Shown: positions 10,031-20,948 of the stretch, in pieces
How the letters are laid out: every line of letters begins with the position of its first letter
How positions within the stretch are numbered: position 1 is the first letter of the stretch
Sequence record: NC_048170.1
DNA length: 64,000 nucleotides
Strand: one strand, 5' to 3'
Made by a program: the position numbers and the translations under genes
Notes under the pieces: model-generated
What the model was told of the DNA's origin: nothing
The model's input: only the letters and a program-made list of their open reading frames with translations
The model's database searches: none

Positions 10031-12823
10031 TTATCTTACGTTATTGCTATTCTGCTGTTCGCTGAACCAGCCATACACCTTGAGATCGGTACCGTATTTC
10101 AATGCGATATACGCATTCAGCGCAGCGCAGAACAAAGACGCGAATGCCCATATCAGCGAAGGATCGACGTCTTCCGTTACCACTGGGAGAGTATTATCCG
10201 GTTCCCATGATGGTGAACTGTCCATGAACGTCGCGTACCATCCCCGCCGTTGTTCTTCGGTGGTAAAGTCGCTATGGGGTTCCAATGCTTCTTTTGCCAG
10301 ACGTCGATATTCGAACATATGCGTTGCTAAAGCCGATGAGTTACCAGATTCGCCCTCATAGTTCGGATCCACCGCATAACAGAGTTCTGTTGAATCTAAC
10401 AAAGCAACCGCCTGTGTGATGCTGTCGGCAGTGCCTGCACCATAGAGCTCGATAGACCGCGAAAGCTTTTCACAGAACGCATTTAACGCGGAAGGATTGG
10501 ACACCTGAAGGTCAAGGCCTAATGTCCACGGATAGTTACTGAATACACCCGTAAACCGTGGCATAACACCCAACAGATGCTGTCCGATTACGGCACGGTT
10601 ATAAACAGCCCTGTTATAGACTTGAAGCGCGGCCTCCAGGGCTTGGTTATAATGACGACGAAGCTCGTCACGAGAGTTGCGGAACCTGTTTGCCGCAAGA
10701 CTTGTGGCTGCGACGCTACAAACATCGTAATTGGTGGACGAGAGCACAACCTCGTTAAGATCGAACGCTTCCTGTTTCAATGTTCCGCTAACAGCCGCTG
10801 CTTCGCTGTTCGCTTTATCGACAACTGTACTCAAAGCGTTAATATAACGTTTAGCTCGGACCTCCAACCATTGTGCGATACCGAGAATATCCACCGCAGC
10901 TTTAGCAAGATCACGTGCATTCACGATTTCGTTCTTCAATGCCCCTAAACCTTTATTTTCAGGCGATGAGGCTTGTTGACGAATCATGCTGTTCAACATG
11001 GTAAGCAGATTATCCAACTCATGTCCGCTGACCTTGTTACGTGCATCGGTAATCGGCCCTTGCAGGAATTTACGGCAACCGTCGTTGTATCGAATCAGTT
11101 TATCCACATCGATAGATTCGTTCGTGGATTCCTTGAACTGATCCTTCAATTCTTCACGGTAATCATGGATTTCACTTGCGAGATTATCGATAGTGATACC
11201 ATCATGTCCAAGAAGAACTTTATTGAAGTTACCTTTCTCGAATGCAAGAGTAAGACCTTCACGAATCTTAGCGAGTTTGTCCTGATCAAGTTCACGACCG
11301 TTCGATAGCTCTTTCACTTCCGAGCTGATTAATGCCGAAACGTTACCCAGATTGTCGGTAACCCCTTTGAACGCTCCCGACCAGATCGTTCCTGCTTCAG
11401 CATATTTCGCAATGGTCTGAATACCGACGGTATGTAACGATGCTAAGCGTTTCTTCGTGCCTTCGGTAAGCAGTGCGTCTTTAGCTCGCGTAAGCTGACT
11501 GTTATTAGCTTCCGCCTGCTGAATCGCTGCTTTCGCACTTCCATTACGCCAGCTCTTAACCAGCCAATCAACCAAACGTTTTAGGATATTGACGGTGTAT
11601 TCCATTGTCCGCCGTAACGTTTCCCACGCGCTTTCTGCGGTATAGATGCCGTACCCTTCCATCTTCGTTGGGTCAAAGAAACCTTCCTGCACGAGATCGG
11701 TACGTGTGTAGCCATCAGCAGCTTCTACTTCCGCCTGGGTTTTATCCCAGAAGTCGTCGCTCTTTGCAGCAATCGCTGTATCTTTAACGTCCAGGATGAT
11801 CTGACCAACCGTTTGTGCAAACAGCAAGGCTGCACGTACCGATTGTGCGAACATCCGCTGATATTTGATTCGAACGCATTGCATCTGGGTTAGCAGATTC
11901 AGTTGTGCGATCCCATCCAAGGTGCTATCCTGAGCAAGTCCTTCGGCTTTAGCGATAACCTGTTTTACACGTTCAGCGACATCACCGTACTGCTGGCAAA
12001 CATCCCGCAGAATACGTGCCGCGAAGACCCCGGTACCGATATAGTTCAATAGGTCTTTTAACGACCATTCGGTCGGACAATCGGTCGGCGCAATAGGGAG
12101 TAAGCAACCATCACCGTCCATGAATCTCTCTAATGCGCTAATATCCTGATTTTCTACGCTCATGGGGATATCGACATCAGCCGCTTGCAGATCCAGCATC
12201 TGTTGTAGGATGTTGGTATCGGCTTGTACAAGCGTCGCAAGCGCTTGGCTGTGTGCGATTATTGGTAACGCAGGTGACCATACTGCAGCAAGCTTGTCGG
12301 CGTGACGTTGAATGGCATACCCCATATCCTCGATCACATCGGGATGCTCGATAACCCCCTGAAGCGTTTGATGTAGCTCACCGAGTTGCTGAGACAGATC
12401 GACCATCATGGTGTTGAAGGTTTCGTCATCCTCTTTGTGGTTGTCCAGACGCTCGAGTTCATGTCGAAGCAATGTAACGAGCTGTCCGTTGCCTTCTTGC
12501 TTCAGCTTGCTTTCCATTAACGTAATGGCTTTATCGACGATCTGACACGCTTCACGAAAACCGGTTGTGGAAGGAAGCTCTGTCCATAACGCCAGCGGTT
12601 TACCGTCAAGGGCTTCCGGCATCGATAACGAAAGCATAGACAGTTGTTGACGTGATACTTGCTGTTCACGGTGTAATGTTTCTTTTAACGCCAGGAGATC
12701 GTCAAGAAACGCGCCGTTAAGGGTGGTCGTACGTGGTGTTGAATTAATACCGTCAGTTAACGATTCAAGCACCAGGAGACCGTTATCAGCTGAAGAGAGT
12801 CCCGCGGCAAGATATTTGTTCAT
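10031..12823 (-). CDS. Large internal head protein, probably proteolytically processed
   Basis: 930 aa, helical, with internal VQEGF, TAESAW and KQEAF sites each followed by an amphipathic segment. Confidence 0.55.
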   Translation of the reverse strand: MNKYLAAGLSSADNGLLVLESLTDGINSTPRTTTLNGAFLDDLLALKETLHREQQVSRQQLSMLSLSMPEALDGKPLALWTELPSTTGFREACQIVDKAITLMESKLKQEGNGQLVTLLRHELERLDNHKEDDETFNTMMVDLSQQLGELHQTLQGVIEHPDVIEDMGYAIQRHADKLAAVWSPALPIIAHSQALATLVQADTNILQQMLDLQAADVDIPMSVENQDISALERFMDGDGCLLPIAPTDCPTEWSLKDLLNYIGTGVFAARILRDVCQQYGDVAERVKQVIAKAEGLAQDSTLDGIAQLNLLTQMQCVRIKYQRMFAQSVRAALLFAQTVGQIILDVKDTAIAAKSDDFWDKTQAEVEAADGYTRTDLVQEGFFDPTKMEGYGIYTAESAWETLRRTMEYTVNILKRLVDWLVKSWRNGSAKAAIQQAEANNSQLTRAKDALLTEGTKKRLASLHTVGIQTIAKYAEAGTIWSGAFKGVTDNLGNVSALISSEVKELSNGRELDQDKLAKIREGLTLAFEKGNFNKVLLGHDGITIDNLASEIHDYREELKDQFKESTNESIDVDKLIRYNDGCRKFLQGPITDARNKVSGHELDNLLTMLNSMIRQQASSPENKGLGALKNEIVNARDLAKAAVDILGIAQWLEVRAKRYINALSTVVDKANSEAAAVSGTLKQEAFDLNEVVLSSTNYDVCSVAATSLAANRFRNSRDELRRHYNQALEAALQVYNRAVYNRAVIGQHLLGVMPRFTGVFSNYPWTLGLDLQVSNPSALNAFCEKLSRSIELYGAGTADSITQAVALLDSTELCYAVDPNYEGESGNSSALATHMFEYRRLAKEALEPHSDFTTEEQRRGWYATFMDSSPSWEPDNTLPVVTEDVDPSLIWAFASLFCAALNAYIALKYGTDLKVYGWFSEQQNSNNVR

Positions 12824-12838
12824 AAAACACTCCGTTGG

Positions 12839-12869
12839 CCTAGGGGAAGGTTTTCAGCCTTCCCCTAGG
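12839..12869. terminator. Hairpin, 12-bp stem
   Basis: CCTAGGGGAAGG-ttttcag-CCTTCCCCTAGG, intergenic. Confidence 0.6.
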
Positions 12870-12882
12870 GTTATAAACACAA

Positions 12883-15687
12883 TTAAGCTAATTTACCGAA
12901 ACCGGCTTTCTGCAGTTTCTCGTTGATGATTTTCGCTTCAGCGAAGACGTAATCGCGGTAGGCGGTCACTAACGCATCCACACGTGAACGCAAGGCTTCT
13001 TCGAAGCTATACCACGCAGCGATTTCACGAATCTGTGCGTTGATATAATCAACGGTTGAGCGAAGCTCGGTTGCGTTTTCCTGCGGGATGGCTTTCACCT
13101 GGCGAGCAACGTCATTTAAACGACGGAACTGTGTTTCGATTTCTTTAAACTTATTGTCGGCAAGTTTGCTGAATTCGTCACCAGAACGGGTAAATAACAG
13201 ATAGCTGTTGCCATCAAGTGCGGTCGCTAACTGCTGAAGTACGTTGGTGTCCGGATACACAGGAGTACCGCTTTGCAGTACCTTCTCACCGAATTCCGCG
13301 AAGTCCTTCGGTGGTAAGTGCGCAGACGTTGTCAACTCGTTGAAACGGAAAGTCAGCGAACTATCATACAACATCCGGTACGCTTCCATACCCTGCTTCA
13401 TGGTGCCAGCCAGGTTGGCCAGACGCGGAGCAATCTCACCCTCTTTAGCGCGTTTCTGGTCTTCTAACGCCCCTTCGAGTTCTTTACACTGGTCGTTCAG
13501 ATACACGATACGATCGGGACGCAGACGACGCATCTCACGAAGAATGGTATCCAGCTTACCTTCCTGGAAATAACCTAGCGTTAAAGACGTACACGCTTGC
13601 TGAAGACGATCGAACACCGGTAAGGTTACCATCTCCTTACGGATACCATCAACAATCGCAGAAACAGCCGAAAGTTTCTGTTCTGTCGTTAATGGAACAT
13701 CAGAGACCGACTTGCTGGGCGCACCAACAACGTTACGCATTGCGTCGGTATCCTCGGTTTTATCAACCTCTTTACGAACATGCTCATCAGGAACATAAAC
13801 GTTCGCATTACGTTTCGCCTGCTTGATGGCATCGTTGGCCGCTTTTTCGGTGGCTGCTACGCTATCGGCACGTTTCTTCAAGAGTTCAATAATCCAGAGC
13901 ACCAGACGACGAATCGCAGTATAGGCCGTCGTGATGATGACACCGATAACAGCCATCTTCATGATACCGAACGATTCCATGGTCGGCTCTAATGCCTGGT
14001 CTGGCATATAGCGTTCACGCAGCTCCAGATAGATCTGCTCATCCGGTTTGCTGATCTCGCCACGATGCGAAGTCCGATAGATGGCTTCGTCAATCTCAAC
14101 AAGATCTTTGCGTGCCTGACGGTCTGTTTCGGTCAAATAAGCGCAGCCGGATACGTCGTCTTCAAAACTTTCGAACTTAAAGAAATCGACAACCATCTTG
14201 GCAAGCGCCTCTTTCTTAGCAGGATCGAGTGTCTTCGCATCTTCTTTTTGCTTATCCATTTTTTCCTTGAATTTCTCTTTGTAGTCATTCAAGGGTTTTA
14301 CCGCTCTTGCTTTCAACGCGTTATAGATAGCTTTCCACTCATCGTTACGTTCGAGGACAATGAAATGGTTTTTGAGTTCGAAAGCGCGATAGCGTGCAAC
14401 GAGCTGTTCTACCTGAATATGAGCGAGTTGGATATCCATTAACCAACGCGACATCGCCGAGATCAAACGGCTATAAGCGAACAACGTTTGGTAGGTTAAC
14501 TTCATGTATGTTTCATACAGCTCAATATCGCCGCTCTGAATATTGGCTGTTGGATTCATTTCCTTTGTTGCCTTGAAGACCTGTTCTGCTTCTCTCAGCG
14601 TCTTTTCGAACTTAACGTCATTAAACGCAGTGAATGGTTCAGCCAACTCATGCATTTTATCGTGGAGTTCGCGGATCCAAGCTTCCTTGCTGTCGCGGAT
14701 GGTGTTTTCATCATGGAGCACGGTTTGATGTTTTCGTACCCATTCTTCCACGATATCAGCAGCGGAAACAATCGGAACGCGATCTGAAATGAGCGGGACG
14801 ATCGTGTGAAGCGCCCCGACACATTCTGGCGTGTCCCAGTGTTTCTGGAGTTCATCACGGAAACGGTTAATGTTTTCTAAGGTGGTACCTAAATCAAGGA
14901 AAGTGCCGCCATTATGACTCATCTGTGCAACCAGATCGGCAAATACCTTTTGTTTTTCGATGACAAAAGGAACCATCCGCATAAGCCATTCAGCAGTTGC
15001 TTTAGCCTTTTCTTTCAGGTTCTTATCGGCGATTTCTTTAAGGTTAATCGCGCTACCGTATCCTGCAAGTTCGTTGTAGACGTCGTTAACCGTCATCTCT
15101 TTATCCAACATTTCTTTGAAACGTGGATAATCTGCACCTAACGCGTCGATGACTTCTTGGATGATGTCGTCTGTGGTAGCGATAAATTTATTTGTGCCGC
15201 CGTAATGGTTCCAGATTTTCTGTAGCGTCTTCTTAAAGAATTCGAAGACGAATGTCCAGATACGCTTAATGAGTTCCCAGACTTTCTTCGCACCATCGAC
15301 AAACAGTTTAGAGACTTTGGCAACGAATCCTTCCTGCACCAACTCAACGCCGTTACGTGATGGAATTTCGGTGAAGAAAGCATCTGGCAGTTGTTTCGGG
15401 AACGCGTCACCAAGACGCATACGCAATTCGGGTACATCGGCACGAGAAATACCGCGCGTCGTTAACTGCTCGTGAAGACGAACGTTTTCTTCACCAGAGG
15501 CTACGAATTCGTTAACGTCAAATGACACCAGTTCTTGATCTTCGGTGGTGACGACGCTTGAACCATCACTGGTTTGGATGTCTTCGTCAGGGAATGCCAT
15601 GAGCATACCGTGACGCATTTCAACCACTCCGTAATCGGTTGCTAAACCGAATTCGTTGTGATCGGGGGTAATAACTGGGATACTCAT
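12883..15687 (-). CDS. Large internal head protein with two paralogous modules
   Basis: 934 aa. VQEGF and TMESF sites are each followed by an amphipathic W/F-rich helix. Confidence 0.55.
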   Translation of the reverse strand: MSIPVITPDHNEFGLATDYGVVEMRHGMLMAFPDEDIQTSDGSSVVTTEDQELVSFDVNEFVASGEENVRLHEQLTTRGISRADVPELRMRLGDAFPKQLPDAFFTEIPSRNGVELVQEGFVAKVSKLFVDGAKKVWELIKRIWTFVFEFFKKTLQKIWNHYGGTNKFIATTDDIIQEVIDALGADYPRFKEMLDKEMTVNDVYNELAGYGSAINLKEIADKNLKEKAKATAEWLMRMVPFVIEKQKVFADLVAQMSHNGGTFLDLGTTLENINRFRDELQKHWDTPECVGALHTIVPLISDRVPIVSAADIVEEWVRKHQTVLHDENTIRDSKEAWIRELHDKMHELAEPFTAFNDVKFEKTLREAEQVFKATKEMNPTANIQSGDIELYETYMKLTYQTLFAYSRLISAMSRWLMDIQLAHIQVEQLVARYRAFELKNHFIVLERNDEWKAIYNALKARAVKPLNDYKEKFKEKMDKQKEDAKTLDPAKKEALAKMVVDFFKFESFEDDVSGCAYLTETDRQARKDLVEIDEAIYRTSHRGEISKPDEQIYLELRERYMPDQALEPTMESFGIMKMAVIGVIITTAYTAIRRLVLWIIELLKKRADSVAATEKAANDAIKQAKRNANVYVPDEHVRKEVDKTEDTDAMRNVVGAPSKSVSDVPLTTEQKLSAVSAIVDGIRKEMVTLPVFDRLQQACTSLTLGYFQEGKLDTILREMRRLRPDRIVYLNDQCKELEGALEDQKRAKEGEIAPRLANLAGTMKQGMEAYRMLYDSSLTFRFNELTTSAHLPPKDFAEFGEKVLQSGTPVYPDTNVLQQLATALDGNSYLLFTRSGDEFSKLADNKFKEIETQFRRLNDVARQVKAIPQENATELRSTVDYINAQIREIAAWYSFEEALRSRVDALVTAYRDYVFAEAKIINEKLQKAGFGKLA

Positions 15688-16124
15688 GCATTCTCTCCTT
15701 GCAGTGCGTTAGCGAAAGCTGTTGCGAGCTGCGCAACCAGTTTCGGATCAACGCCTTCGATAACGTCAGGCAGCCCTGCGGTTTCTTGGTCACGAACAGC
15801 GGAGGCTAATAACAGCATGGTTTCAGGCGCGGTTGGCTCATGCACCATGCGGTAACGCAGGCACCAGAAGTAGCGGGCAACGTCTAACGCATCAGCCAGC
15901 CCAATAACCAGCACCTTGTTCAGTTTATCCAACCCGTCACGGATTTTAGGGAGATGTTCACGAACGAAGATGCTATCCGCAGTCAGATCTTCTTTTTCAG
16001 CGAATACCGGCATGCTGTAACCGGCGATGTAACCTGCGGCAATACTTAACGCGCGGGTCTGTTGTTCGGCTGGGAAGTCACGTACCAGGTCTTTCAGCTG
16101 AACGGCGAAATCAGAAATATTCAT
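15684..16124 (-). CDS. Conserved hypothetical protein
   Basis: 146-aa ORF coupled to 12883..15687. Confidence 0.6.
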   Translation of the reverse strand: MNISDFAVQLKDLVRDFPAEQQTRALSIAAGYIAGYSMPVFAEKEDLTADSIFVREHLPKIRDGLDKLNKVLVIGLADALDVARYFWCLRYRMVHEPTAPETMLLLASAVRDQETAGLPDVIEGVDPKLVAQLATAFANALQGENA

Positions 16125-16157
16125 GTTAAATTCCTTTATAGTAAAAAATAGAAGAGA

Positions 16158-17468
16158 TTAGGCGATAATGGAATCAAGAGTCGCTGCTGTTTTGAACAGA
16201 TCGCTGTTCATTGTAGAAGAAAGGACTTGCTGAATTTCTTCCTGTTTAACGGCTTTACGAACTCCAGGACGAAGGATAAGCGTAACCATCTGCATAAATG
16301 TACGGTTGTTGTTCATCGCGCTTAACGTTTCATCAATTGTTTTGATGGTATCTAACGTAGTGGAGCGTATGTCGCTAGGGAGGTCACGATCTTTCAGACG
16401 TATAATCAAATCTTGTTTGATTTTTCTGAATCGTTCCATATCGTTGTCATAGATGCTGTATGTCGGATCTAACCAAACTGCAAGCGCCATAGCAGCAACA
16501 AATATTGCCATACCAAGAATATTAACCGAGGTGAAGCTGATCGCTATCAAAATTGTCACGGCTGCATCTTTAATGAAGGAGAGCCAGAACATCGTTTTGG
16601 ACTTCATGGAGTTGGTGCCATAAAGCCGAAACATTTTAGCAAGCCCGCTAACGAGATACTCCCCACTGCCGTGACGTGTAGCGAACTGATCGGCCATGAA
16701 TTCGGAAGCAACGTCGGTATATCGTCCAGCGTTGTTTACATTTCTTAACTGCATCGCTTTGTTAGACACGTAAACCGTGTACCAGACACTACCATCGTCT
16801 GAATCACTGATTTTATTTACGTCGACGTTAGTATCTAGCGTTTTGTTTAACGCTTTCGCCAGTTCGATACGTTTTACCTTATCGGTTGTTCCCAACAGTT
16901 CGCGCTGCACGGTCATGATTGAGGCTTCGACACGAACCGTTTCCGACAATGTTTCAAGGAAAGTAAACGCATGACCGATTTCATGCAGCATTATGGCTGC
17001 TTTTTCTTCCGGAAGAAAGGGTTCTGTCGCTGTTAGCAATTCATACGTGATGGCAGAACGAATCTTCAACTCCTCAAAAATACCGTAAACGCGACCTTTT
17101 TCTAAATCGACGTAACCGACAGGTGCATCTTTAATCTTCTTAAGAAGTGCGACACCATCGACACCACGCATCCATAATCGATGATAGTCTGCCAATATCG
17201 CGTTGTTTGTTGAAATATCCGGCGGGTACACGTAGGCATTCATCTGGCCCATTTTCACGTCAACCGAAAATTCGATGTTCAACCCCGTATAGCGTTTAAC
17301 CATCTCGGTTAAACGACCGTCCTTGAAAACGTTTAAAACCTCTTTTTTATCCAGTCCCTGTTTGCTTCTGAAGAACTCGGTCATTTCCTTGAACAAGGAA
17401 CCATCCTGAAACTTGATGGCCTCCATCGTTAATTCGTCATGACCATACACGCGTTGTAGTAATGACAT
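16158..17468 (-). CDS. Virion-associated zinc metalloprotease-like membrane protein (M48/M56-like)
   Basis: HEIGH (HExxH) plus downstream SEFMADQFATRHG (ExxAD), two hydrophobic helices near the C-terminus, and an N-terminal TME cleavage-like site. Confidence 0.55.
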   Translation of the reverse strand: MSLLQRVYGHDELTMEAIKFQDGSLFKEMTEFFRSKQGLDKKEVLNVFKDGRLTEMVKRYTGLNIEFSVDVKMGQMNAYVYPPDISTNNAILADYHRLWMRGVDGVALLKKIKDAPVGYVDLEKGRVYGIFEELKIRSAITYELLTATEPFLPEEKAAIMLHEIGHAFTFLETLSETVRVEASIMTVQRELLGTTDKVKRIELAKALNKTLDTNVDVNKISDSDDGSVWYTVYVSNKAMQLRNVNNAGRYTDVASEFMADQFATRHGSGEYLVSGLAKMFRLYGTNSMKSKTMFWLSFIKDAAVTILIAISFTSVNILGMAIFVAAMALAVWLDPTYSIYDNDMERFRKIKQDLIIRLKDRDLPSDIRSTTLDTIKTIDETLSAMNNNRTFMQMVTLILRPGVRKAVKQEEIQQVLSSTMNSDLFKTAATLDSIIA

Positions 17469-17689
17469 TGTACACTCTCTAAATTTACGTAAATTTAAGG
17501 GCTAATGGATCGGCTGGCCGCACCAATCACAATGTGTCCGCTGCTATGCAACGGCATTCATAGAAATACCTTTTGACGGTAACATCACCCATCACACCCC
17601 AAGCAATAAGAGTGGTCGGTTAAAAACAACAGAACGTGAGGATGATATAGAAATTCACCTTTTAACACCTATTACGAGTTTATCAAGCC

Positions 17690-19186
17690 ATGAGCGAACA
17701 AGAACGAAAACCTAAGAAGAAACTGCTCGGTATTCAATGTCGACACATCAGCTATAACGAAGCGAACGATGGCAGCAAGAACGACCTCATGATCGCAAAA
17801 GAGATCATGTTCTTTGATGATAATACGCAAGCGACGAACCTTCGCTTCTTTGAGAATTACAAACGTCCGTTTTGGGTGACAGTAGAGAGTAAACGTAAGA
17901 ACAAATATAAAAAGGAAAGCGAGAAGCTGTCACATGTGCGACGCTACGATGTCCGTCAAAGTGAACTGGTTGAAAAGATCAGTTCGGTGCTTTATAAAAG
18001 ACGTGCCGATGATAACACCCGTTTACAGCAGCTTGCACGGAGTCCATACCTCTATGGAACGGACGTTAGCGCCAGCTGTTATTTAAAAACCCAATACAAT
18101 ACAAAATGGCCGGAATACGTCGATAAATTACCCGCTTCTATCGCCTGTTTCGATATCGAAACTGACGTTGTCCATGGACACGGTAAGATCGTCTGTATGT
18201 CTATTACAATGGGATACAATGCGATACTTTGCTATACCAAGGACTTCGTTGGTCATATTCCGAATGCGATTGAGAAAACTCATGAGAAGATTCGATATTA
18301 TCTGGCCGAACGTCTGAATACCAAAGAAGATCCTCACGCGTTCGAAAAATATCATTACGATGTGCGAATCGTAGAAAGTCCGGCACAAGCGGTCATCCAA
18401 TGCATGCAAAAGGTTCACGAATGGCAGCCGGATTATCTCCTCGGCTGGAATATCGCGTTCGATATTCCGCGCATGCTCCAGGCACTGAACGAGGAAGGGT
18501 ATCGTCCCGAGGATGTTTTCTCCGATCCTCGTGTACCACCTAAATATCGTATTGCTCGCTGGGTACCACCGAAGACCGACAAGGTATCTGCTTCAGGTCG
18601 TAAAACCAACCTTACCCTCGAGCAGACCTGGCCGATGTTTTATACGATGGCTACGTATCAGGTTATGGATGCGATGTGTGGCTATAAGTTCGTTCGTTTA
18701 GGAAGACCGGATGAAGGACGCTATTCACTCGATGCGGTATTAGAGCGAAATAAATGCCATACGAAATTAAAAGCGATTCCTGGTACAGAAGGGTTCACGG
18801 AGCTTGCGTGGCACGAAGAAATGCAAACGAACCATCAAATCGACTACGGCGTATATAACCTTTGGGATAACCAAGGCATCGAGGCGTTGGACCAGAAAAC
18901 AAAAGACTATTCGATGACCATCCCTATCCGTTTAGCGGCGTCGGATTTGAAAGATTTCAGTTCTAACCCTAAACGTATCTGCGATAAACTTTTCTTCGTT
19001 TATCTTAACCGTGGGGAAGTCATGGGATGCACCGCCGACGACATGACCCAGGAAGAAGATAAGTGGGTTATCTCACGAACCGGACATATCGTCACATTAC
19101 CATGCGATCTCATGGCGGACAACGGCATTCATCTCTTCTGGGATATGCCTAATTTAAGGAGCTATATTCGATTATTTGTTGCGGAT
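17690..19186 (+). CDS. Family-B DNA polymerase N-terminal subunit (3'-5' exonuclease part), exon 1
   Basis: ExoI CFDIETD, ExoII GWNIAFD, ExoIII YNLWD. Ends ...RLFVAD at the intron 5' splice site (U19186). Confidence 0.85.
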
Positions 19187-20948
19187 TAACCTTCGTTCTG
19201 TAAAAGTTTACTTCATGTAAGAATCGTGTGCGGCATAAGAGAGGCCGATACATCTAGATGTTACATGAGGTTTACGAGATGGAAAAATCTATACATACTC
19301 AAACTGGAACTATTGACTATCGCGATTCAGCATATTTGCCGTACACAAATCATCGTTATCGTATATTTGAAGATGGCGAGTTGTACGACTATAAAGAAGA
19401 TAGGGTCGTCCCTTACGAAGTTGTAGACGGTGTCCCTTATGTTGAAATCGATTGGTATAGAGGCATTGGAAAATACGATCTCGGTATGATCATTCTCACC
19501 GTTCTTGAACGGGTTGCTTTACCAGATCACCTTTACGATGAAATTGAATCGTTGTTTGTGGACGGAGATCCGACTAACTTTTCGTATAGCAATCACATCT
19601 ACCGTTTCCGTAATGGGCCGTTAGAAGTTGAGGGATTCGAAGGTTATTGTTATATTCCGTTTGCATCTCGTTACGCGATAAATAAAGAAGGACATTGTAT
19701 TAGTCTTCTTTCGTTGGATCCTATCACGTGGACGAAAACGGTTCAGCAAGGCACACGTCTTGGCGGATACGCTTATCGTAAAGTGGTTCCCGACAGCGGG
19801 TTTACACCGCAGTTATATCGTCACCGAGCTATCATGTTAGCGTTTACGAGATATGATGCTAACGTTGTGAACTTAACTGTAAATCATAAAAACGGAATTA
19901 AAGGTGACGATTGGTTTGACAACCTCGAATGGGCGACATATGCCGAGAACAATCAACATGCTCGTATGGCAGGGTTGTGTATAGGTACGTCAAAACCTGT
20001 TTTGGTTTATGATTACCGTGCACGAATCGAACGTCGTTTTAATAGTATCGCAGAAGCGGAACGTGCTTATCCGTACGTGCCGAAAGGACGTTTCAAATGG
20101 TGGGTAAACAATCCTCCGAAACGTATCCCAGAATGCGATTTATACATCAAGTTTGCCACGGACAATACGCCTTGGCCGGAGTGGAAACTTGGAGAAGATC
20201 GTCGTGTCGAGGACACCGACGGTCGCGGTATTCTCGCTATTAATAAAGAGACGAACGAACGACATGTGTTTCCATCAGTAACTGCTGCCGCAAATGCGTT
20301 AGGAATCTCCTGGATTACCGTAAGACGTCATTGCGATCGTCGTGCAGTACCTACGAAACAGCCTTGGTGTTTTCGTTACGCTGATGATATCGCTGCCATG
20401 CCTGATTTCGATGTTAATAAATTAGTTCCTAAGAAGAAGCGTGTATTTAATGTCCCATTAGAACGATAACAGGTCCCCCTACTTGTAATGAGTGGGTGAA
20501 CTCTCTTTAATTGCTGGAAACCTTTAATGCCCCTCCACACCACAACGCAATCCGAAAGGGTAAACGTGATGGTTGTCGAAAGACAGAAAAAAGTTGGAGG
20601 GGATTACCTATGTTGCAATAAAAGCCACCGCTTTCTTGGATAACGAAAGATGACGGTGGTACTAAGGGTAGAAGATAGAAATAAGGTAACCGTAGCAGCG
20701 AAGACCCTACGGACTGTCGTGACCGACTCGATGAGTTGGCGTGGTTAACACGGACAGGCTACGGGTAACGTTCAACGACCATCCGGTTGCGCGGAGTAGG
20801 AGAATTAGGATGTTCTCTGAAAAGGGAGAAGTCGGTCGAGGTGTTGTAGAAACACCATTCGGTTTGCTAACGCAAACCTAAGGCAGGCTAAGATATGGTC
20901 TATTTTTCGTTGTGTTCATGTATAGAAATTACTGAACCATCGTAAGAG
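19187..20948 (+). mobile_element. Group I intron (IA-like) with homing endonuclease in the P1 loop
   Basis: P AATTGCTGGAAA 20509-20520; Q GTAGCAGCGAAG about 20692-20703; R GTTCAACGACCA about 20770-20781; S AAGATATGGTCT about 20892-20903. P7 GACCA/TGGTC; P3 CTCTCTTT/AAAGGGAG. Exon ends in U and intron ends in G. Removal restores AD|LDISSSYP. Confidence 0.92.
19258..20469 (+). CDS. Intron-encoded HNH homing endonuclease with NUMOD-type DNA-binding repeats
   Basis: VNHKNGIKGDDWFDNLEWATYAENNQHA (HNH_3-like) and C-terminal HVFPSVTAAANALGIS (NUMOD1-like). True start may be ATG 19279 (GAGG RBS). Confidence 0.88.
   Translation: MLHEVYEMEKSIHTQTGTIDYRDSAYLPYTNHRYRIFEDGELYDYKEDRVVPYEVVDGVPYVEIDWYRGIGKYDLGMIILTVLERVALPDHLYDEIESLFVDGDPTNFSYSNHIYRFRNGPLEVEGFEGYCYIPFASRYAINKEGHCISLLSLDPITWTKTVQQGTRLGGYAYRKVVPDSGFTPQLYRHRAIMLAFTRYDANVVNLTVNHKNGIKGDDWFDNLEWATYAENNQHARMAGLCIGTSKPVLVYDYRARIERRFNSIAEAERAYPYVPKGRFKWWVNNPPKRIPECDLYIKFATDNTPWPEWKLGEDRRVEDTDGRGILAINKETNERHVFPSVTAAANALGISWITVRRHCDRRAVPTKQPWCFRYADDIAAMPDFDVNKLVPKKKRVFNVPLER

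Noticed and set aside
19187-19189. Stop-codon readthrough or pseudogenisation of the DNA polymerase
   Set aside because: The TAA is the first intron codon; the group I core and an in-frame exon 2 explain the break.
19226-19426. Small ORF in the intron 5' region
   Set aside because: Overlaps the HNH gene out of frame, with no supporting features.
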